A stretch of 64,000 nt of DNA from Bdellovibrio sp. (GTDB lineage: Bacteria; Bdellovibrionota; Bdellovibrionia; Bdellovibrionales; Bdellovibrionaceae): the NCBI GenBank assembly GCA_036677065.1, contig JAKFBS010000011.1, positions 64,001 to 128,000 of the forward strand. The letters are read 5' to 3'. Each line of letters opens with the position of its first letter. Position 1 is the first letter of the stretch. Of the stretch, positions 58,574 to 64,000 are shown piece by piece. Under the pieces are notes generated by a model. That model saw only the letters and a program-made list of their open reading frames with translations. It did no database searches and had not been told where the DNA came from. A program made the position numbers and the translations under genes.

Positions 58574-59332
58574 ATGAAACAGACTAAAGTAATCGAACGT
58601 CCGCAAGATTTGATTGAATACCGTAAAAAGTATTCTTCGATTGGCTTTGTACCAACGATGGGCGCTTTACATGCAGGCCATGCAAGCCTTATGAAACAAG
58701 CAAGTTCAGAAAATGAACTGACTATAGCTAGTATTTTTGTGAACCCGACGCAATTCAACAATGCGACTGATTTAGAAAAATACCCAAAAACTTTTGAAAA
58801 CGATTTAAAGATCGCCTCTGAAAATGGCGTAGATATTTTATTTTTTCCTCAAGTCACAGATATTTATCCAGACGATTACCGTTTTAAAGTTACAGAAAAT
58901 GATTTTTCAACAAAACTTTGTGGTGCTCATCGCCCAGGGCATTTTGATGGTGTATTAACTGTTGTTCTTAAATTGTTACAAATCACCGGATGCACTAAAG
59001 CGTATTTTGGTCTTAAAGATCACCAACAATATAAATTAATCAGTGATATGGCGAAAAGTTTGTTTTTACCGACTCAAATTATTGGCTTACCAACAGTACG
59101 TGAAGCTTCTGGTTTAGCTATGAGTTCGCGTAATATGCGTCTAAGCCCTGAAGGCAAAGACAAAGCCAGTCTGATTTATAAAACAATCACGCAAAAAATT
59201 ACTCCACAAGAAGCTAACCAGATTTTAACGAAGAATGGTTTTACCGTGGATTATTTAGAAGATATCGCAGATCACAGATACGTGGCTGCAACTCTTGAAG
59301 GGATTAGGTTGATTGATAATGTTGAAATCTAA
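58574..59332 (+). CDS. panC: Pantoate--beta-alanine ligase
   Basis: 'VPTMGALHAGH', 'RPGHFDGV', 'GLAMSSRN', 'RLIDN'. Confidence 0.97.
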   Translation: MKQTKVIERPQDLIEYRKKYSSIGFVPTMGALHAGHASLMKQASSENELTIASIFVNPTQFNNATDLEKYPKTFENDLKIASENGVDILFFPQVTDIYPDDYRFKVTENDFSTKLCGAHRPGHFDGVLTVVLKLLQITGCTKAYFGLKDHQQYKLISDMAKSLFLPTQIIGLPTVREASGLAMSSRNMRLSPEGKDKASLIYKTITQKITPQEANQILTKNGFTVDYLEDIADHRYVAATLEGIRLIDNVEI

Positions 59333-60527
59333 CACAAACCCGAAATTATTATTTATCCTGACTGGATCGATTGCTTTATACAAAGTGATGAATGTTCTTA
59401 GTCATTTTAAAAAACTAAATTACCAAATTAAAGTTGTAGCCACTGAATCAGCTTTAAAGTTTGTTGGCGTATCAACGATTGAAGGTTTAACTGCTGAAAA
59501 AGTGCATGTAGATCTATATGCTAACGGCTCAAACATGGATCATATCCATTTGATTCGTTGGGCTGATGCTATTGTCGTGGCGCCAGCAACAGCAAATTAT
59601 ATTAATAAATTAGCTACTGGCATTGCCGATGATTTAGCTTCAACTTTATTTTTAGCTCATGATTTTACTAAACCTTTTGCGGTATTTCCGGCGATGAATA
59701 CAAAAATGTACCAGCACCCGTCGACGCAAAAATCGATTACCCAGTTAAAATCTTGGGGCGTTGATATCTTAGAATCAGCCTCTGGTGTATTAGCATGTGG
59801 TGAAATCGGAGTCGGGCGCTTGCTTGAACCTGAACAAATGATCACAGCGATTGAAAATTTACGATGGCCAGTCAATGTAACTAAACCTACTGGCACGCCA
59901 ATTACAAAAGCTAAAAAGATTTTAATTTCTTCTGGCGGCACACAAGAGCCAATTGATGATATTCGTGTAATCACAAATAAAAGTAGCGGTAAAACCGCAG
60001 CGCAGATCGCTGATCAATTTATCAGTAATGGCTTCACCGTGACTTACTTAGCTGCAGAAACAGCAAAATTGCCAACTTTAGAGTGCGAAGTAATTAATTA
60101 CTCAAGTTTTCAAAGTTTAGAAAAAAAATTACGTGAGCTTTTACCACAGGACTTCTCAACATTTATTCACGCCGCTGCTGTCAGCGATTATTCAGTGGTG
60201 CCGGCCGAAGGTAAGATCAATTCTGATAGCGAAGAATTAACGATTAAACTTAAACGTAATCCTAAATTGATCGATTTAGTTAAAAAATTAAGCCCCTCAA
60301 CAAAATTAGTCGGTTTTAAATTAACTTCTACAACCGATGAAAAACTAGTTTCTGATAAGATCACTAAACTTTTTGAAAATGCAAAATGTGATGTTGTCAT
60401 TCATAATGACTGGTCATCAGTTACTTCAGATAAACACTTATTTAATATGCACAGTAAAACTAATCCTGTAAAAACAAACTTAACCCTTGATGATCTTGCC
60501 CAAGAACTCATTGCGGAGGCTTTATGA
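59319..60527 (+). CDS. coaBC: Bifunctional phosphopantothenoylcysteine decarboxylase/ligase
   Basis: 'TGSIA', 'APATAN', 'PAMN', 'LACG..G.GR', 'N.SSGK', 'AAAVSDY'. Confidence 0.95.
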   Translation: MLKSNTNPKLLFILTGSIALYKVMNVLSHFKKLNYQIKVVATESALKFVGVSTIEGLTAEKVHVDLYANGSNMDHIHLIRWADAIVVAPATANYINKLATGIADDLASTLFLAHDFTKPFAVFPAMNTKMYQHPSTQKSITQLKSWGVDILESASGVLACGEIGVGRLLEPEQMITAIENLRWPVNVTKPTGTPITKAKKILISSGGTQEPIDDIRVITNKSSGKTAAQIADQFISNGFTVTYLAAETAKLPTLECEVINYSSFQSLEKKLRELLPQDFSTFIHAAAVSDYSVVPAEGKINSDSEELTIKLKRNPKLIDLVKKLSPSTKLVGFKLTSTTDEKLVSDKITKLFENAKCDVVIHNDWSSVTSDKHLFNMHSKTNPVKTNLTLDDLAQELIAEAL

Positions 60528-61294
60528 TTTTATCTTTAGATGTTGGTAACACACAAATTTACGGCGGAGTCTTTGAAGGCGATAAAATGCTTATCGCATT
60601 TCGCAAAAATTCAAAATCTGGCTCGTCATCTGATGAAGTGGGCATTTTCTTACGAACTGTGATCAAAGAAAATGGTTTAGACCCGAAAAAAATCGAAAAA
60701 ATTGTTTTATGTTCAGTAGTGCCTGAAGTGATTTATTCGCTTAAAGGTGCTTGCCAAAAATATTTCGGGATTAACCCATTTATTTTACAAGCCGGTGTTA
60801 AAACTGGTTTAAAAATTAAATACCGCAACCCTCTTGAAGTCGGCGCTGATCGTATTGCCAATGCAGTTGCTGCTACGCAAATGCATCCGCAAAAAAACTT
60901 AGTTATCGTAGATCTTGGTACGGCCACCACGTTTTGCGCAGTGAGTGCCGATCGTGATTATTTAGGTGGATCAATTATCGCTGGTCTTAAATTAAGCATG
61001 GAATCTTTAGAAGCAAAAACCGCGAAACTTCCTTCTGTCGAGATCGTGCCGCGCACTGAAGCGTTAGGTCTGTCTACAGTTGAAAGTTTGCAATCAGGGC
61101 TTTATTACGGCCATCTGGGCGCTATGCGCGAGATCATCAGTAAGATTTCGCAAGAATGTTTTAAAGGCGAAAAACCTTTTGTGATCGGCACTGGTGGTTT
61201 TTCATCGTTATTTGAAAAAGAAAAAATATTTGATCTGATTGCTCCTGATCTAGTATTAAAAGGCAACTTGATCGCATTAGAGAAAAATACGTAA
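60524..61294 (+). CDS. coaX: Type III pantothenate kinase
   Basis: 'DVGNT', 'VGADR', 'DLGTATT', 'TGG'. Confidence 0.96.
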   Translation: MILSLDVGNTQIYGGVFEGDKMLIAFRKNSKSGSSSDEVGIFLRTVIKENGLDPKKIEKIVLCSVVPEVIYSLKGACQKYFGINPFILQAGVKTGLKIKYRNPLEVGADRIANAVAATQMHPQKNLVIVDLGTATTFCAVSADRDYLGGSIIAGLKLSMESLEAKTAKLPSVEIVPRTEALGLSTVESLQSGLYYGHLGAMREIISKISQECFKGEKPFVIGTGGFSSLFEKEKIFDLIAPDLVLKGNLIALEKNT

Positions 61295-61307
61295 AGGAAA
61301 CTGCATT

Positions 61308-61691
61308 ATGAAAATCGATATGATGTATTCAAAAATTCACCGCGCAACAGTTACTGGTGCAGATTTAATGTATGAAGGATCAGTTTCTATTGATACGGCC
61401 TTACTTAAAAAAGCAAAAATGTACTTAAATCAAAAAGTTGATATCGTGAATTGCAACAACGGCGCTAGATTTAGCACTTATATTATCGCCGGCAAAAAAG
61501 GCGAAGTTTGTCTTAACGGTGCAGCCGCAAGGCTTGTGCAAAAAGGCGATAAAGTGATCATCATCACTTACGCTTCAGTTGAATTAGAAAAAGCTGAAAA
61601 GCACGAACCGACTGTGGTTTTTGTTGATGAAAAAAATCAGTTCGTTGAAAAGAAAAAACAAGAAAAACGCGCTACCAAAAGTAAGTACTAG
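61308..61691 (+). CDS. panD: Aspartate 1-decarboxylase
   Basis: 'KIHRATVT', Gly-Ser cleavage site 'YEGS', 'NGARFSTY', 'LNGAAAR'. Confidence 0.97.
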   Translation: MKIDMMYSKIHRATVTGADLMYEGSVSIDTALLKKAKMYLNQKVDIVNCNNGARFSTYIIAGKKGEVCLNGAAARLVQKGDKVIIITYASVELEKAEKHEPTVVFVDEKNQFVEKKKQEKRATKSKY

Positions 61692-61716
61692 CCTGGGCGG
61701 CACCAGTAACAGTTCC

Positions 61717-61745
61717 CTTTTTGGAATGCGCTGCATTCCAAAAAG
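61717..61745. terminator. Perfect 13-bp hairpin between convergent genes (probable bidirectional terminator or REP-like)
   Basis: CTTTTTGGAATGC-GCT-GCATTCCAAAAAG. Confidence 0.65.
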
Positions 61746-61752
61746 TAAGGCC

Positions 61753-62883
61753 CTACCGTCTAACCGGAATCGGTTGTAAGTAAAGACCGCCAGATTTAAT
61801 TAAAATATTCCATGTCTTTTTCATTGAGTCGATTTCAGTGCGTAATAAATCCATTTCGAATTTAAGCTGCGCGATTTTTTCGTCGTAATTTTTTTGGCAG
61901 CTTAATTTGTATTCAGCTTTTGTTTGTTCAAACTTTTTCTGCGCTTCTACGATTTTAGCTGACAAAGGCTCAAGCTTTTCTTTGTAGAACTGAGAATTCT
62001 GAAAATTTTCTGATTCAGCTTCTAATTTCGCACGCAAAATTTCAGAGAACTGAACTGTTTTCAATTTTCTGGCTAATCCCATTAACGAAGCTAATTGGAT
62101 AGACCATTTAGTTGGATCCCAGTGGTACCACTTAATGCCGTTACGGTAGTCGAATTGAAACTTGTGATGAAAGTTATGGTAACCTTCACCGTGAGTTAAA
62201 AACGCCATGATAATAGAATCTTTAGCTGTCAGATCTTTTGAATACGGAGTGTTTCCTAAAGTATGCGCTAATGAATTAATAAAGAATGTTGATTGCTGAG
62301 TTAAGAAAATTCTAATGCCACCCGCGATCACTAAACCTAACAGTGCATTACCTAACATCGCACCTACAACTAAAGGCATCATGTAACCAACACCGATGGC
62401 CCAGATCATGTAGTAGTCGTGTTGCATTTTAACTAATTTATTTTTTTCTAAATCAGGAGCTTGAATCGGAAGACTTACTGAATCATGCAACATCATCCAA
62501 CCCATATGCGCGTAGAAAAATCCACGTTTGATTGAATACGGATCTTTATCAGTGTCTTCAAAACGGTGATGAATACGGTGATCGCTTGACCATTTTAAGC
62601 ATGAACCTTGAAATGCACCCGCGCCGATTAAAAGCAAGATCGCTTCTAAAACTGGATGAGCTTCATAAGATTTATGCGAAAATAAACGGTGGTAGCCCAT
62701 CGTGATACTTAAGTTCGTAGCAATTGCGAAAACTAAACCGAATAAAGTGATCCAACCAATGTGACCAGCTGTGTAGCTGTTAGAGAACACAAGATATAAT
62801 ACAAGTGTAACGATAGAGATAATCGGATTTAAGACCAAAAATAAAGTCACCGACCAACAGATTTTTTTTAAATTATTTGTCAT
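61753..62883 (-). CDS. Delta-9 acyl-CoA/acyl-lipid desaturase
   Basis: His boxes HRLFSH, HRIHH, HNFHH; 'WDPTKW'. Confidence 0.93.
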   Translation of the reverse strand: MTNNLKKICWSVTLFLVLNPIISIVTLVLYLVFSNSYTAGHIGWITLFGLVFAIATNLSITMGYHRLFSHKSYEAHPVLEAILLLIGAGAFQGSCLKWSSDHRIHHRFEDTDKDPYSIKRGFFYAHMGWMMLHDSVSLPIQAPDLEKNKLVKMQHDYYMIWAIGVGYMMPLVVGAMLGNALLGLVIAGGIRIFLTQQSTFFINSLAHTLGNTPYSKDLTAKDSIIMAFLTHGEGYHNFHHKFQFDYRNGIKWYHWDPTKWSIQLASLMGLARKLKTVQFSEILRAKLEAESENFQNSQFYKEKLEPLSAKIVEAQKKFEQTKAEYKLSCQKNYDEKIAQLKFEMDLLRTEIDSMKKTWNILIKSGGLYLQPIPVRR

Positions 62884-62956
62884 GGATCTAATCCTACCCG
62901 CAAATAAAGGGATAGTTTAGTGAAATTTCTTTTATGGATGTCAGGTTATCTACATC

Positions 62957-64000
62957 TTAGTTTGTTTTCTGTGGAGCCTCGACTCTAAAAAACTCAATCG
63001 CGTCTATAACCGCTTTAGGCTTATAAAACTGATACTTTTCATTCCATTGAACGTCTTGCCAACCGAGCAACTGAAACTCACGCTGCGTAACATCCCGGTT
63101 TTGTACAAGTTCAAAAAAGTTTTTGATGTGCTGAAGTTCATTCAGCCGTTGCTGCAACGAAGGCAGATGAAACTGGATGAAAGCTAATTGAGATTCAGTT
63201 TTGGTAAACTCTTGAGCACCATACTTTAAAAGCATATCAAAAGCGTAACTTTGCTGACTATCACAGCCCTTAATCATCAATAATTTTTCAGAATTGCCAG
63301 CGAATTGACCTATCCCGATTTCTTTTAAGATCGGACAGGCAAAAAACACATGCTGGCGAATTTTAACCTGATCAAAAATCTTAAGCGAAAGCCCGCTGCG
63401 CGAAGGTAAAATCCAGAGCTGATCTTTGTCTTTAACGGCCACCTGTAAGTTCAAATTCTGTCTGGATGCAGCTTCGAGTGATTTAAATAAAGGCGAGTTC
63501 GGCTCTAAGTGATCCGGAAACTCTACAAGCACATCAAAATAGGCTTCAGCAAAGGAATCCGAAACCCCGTGACTTTGTAAGTACTGGTTAAGGCGCGCGA
63601 TAAACCTGCGCTGCGGGTAACTGGCTTCTTGCTTTAAACTAAACTGATCCGCAAAAACCTTAACAATCGTCAGCCCTTCTTTTAAGGAATTATCCTGATC
63701 TAATAAAAACTCAATCGCTTTTTCTGAATCTACTGAGCGTTCAGCCACTAATCGCGGAATTTCTTGTAAAAAATTATTCTGTTCGCTGTAGCTTAACGAA
63801 TCATATGCGGCCACTAAGCTTGAAGTTAAAAGCGGACGCAAGCTCATCGTTAAAAGTTGTTTTCGGTTATGACCTAATTCATCAAGACTGGCACAGCGTT
63901 GAAAATCTTCTGAACTGCGCCAGGCTGATTCACAATACACATCTAAATTTTTTAATACCTGTGGCCATTTAGCTAAACCTAATTCAGGAAACAACTGAGT
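62957..64000 (-). CDS. Hypothetical protein (5' end outside window)
   Basis: Frame is open to the window edge; no recognisable motif. Confidence 0.6.
   Translation of the reverse strand, partial: TQLFPELGLAKWPQVLKNLDVYCESAWRSSEDFQRCASLDELGHNRKQLLTMSLRPLLTSSLVAAYDSLSYSEQNNFLQEIPRLVAERSVDSEKAIEFLLDQDNSLKEGLTIVKVFADQFSLKQEASYPQRRFIARLNQYLQSHGVSDSFAEAYFDVLVEFPDHLEPNSPLFKSLEAASRQNLNLQVAVKDKDQLWILPSRSGLSLKIFDQVKIRQHVFFACPILKEIGIGQFAGNSEKLLMIKGCDSQQSYAFDMLLKYGAQEFTKTESQLAFIQFHLPSLQQRLNELQHIKNFFELVQNRDVTQREFQLLGWQDVQWNEKYQFYKPKAVIDAIEFFRVEAPQKTN

Overview
AT-rich, gene-dense bacterial chromosome segment. Gene content and style (many secreted hypotheticals, FecR/TPR/CHASE2-cyclase locus, one-Cys DksA, sigma-28-like promoters) suggest a Bdellovibrionota-like predator; this is an inference, not a database match. 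About 60 CDS are supportable. Housekeeping genes include trxB, trmB, leuS, speA, speB, rsmG, dksA, xth, hldD, phhA, hppD-hmgA-ribD, a Pif1-like helicase, a peptide ABC transporter and a panG-like/panB/panC/coaBC/coaX/panD operon. I found no rRNA, tRNA, CRISPR array, transposase or prophage. Best candidates for an undescribed system: (1) 1-9301, two FecR + TPR/outer-membrane-barrel pairs and two paralogous PilZ-like proteins arranged around one CHASE2 adenylate cyclase, a probable trans-envelope sensing system with cAMP output; (2) 20797-21586, a secreted protein whose signal ends in 'ATS' paired with a small Asp-motif membrane protein, a possible dedicated processing system. Also noted: an unannotated 21-aa ORF with strong RBS, a recurring -10-box/7-nt/start-codon pattern implying leaderless mRNAs, a GGA-loop hairpin cluster, short REP-like repeats and a GNAT gene split by one in-frame TAG.
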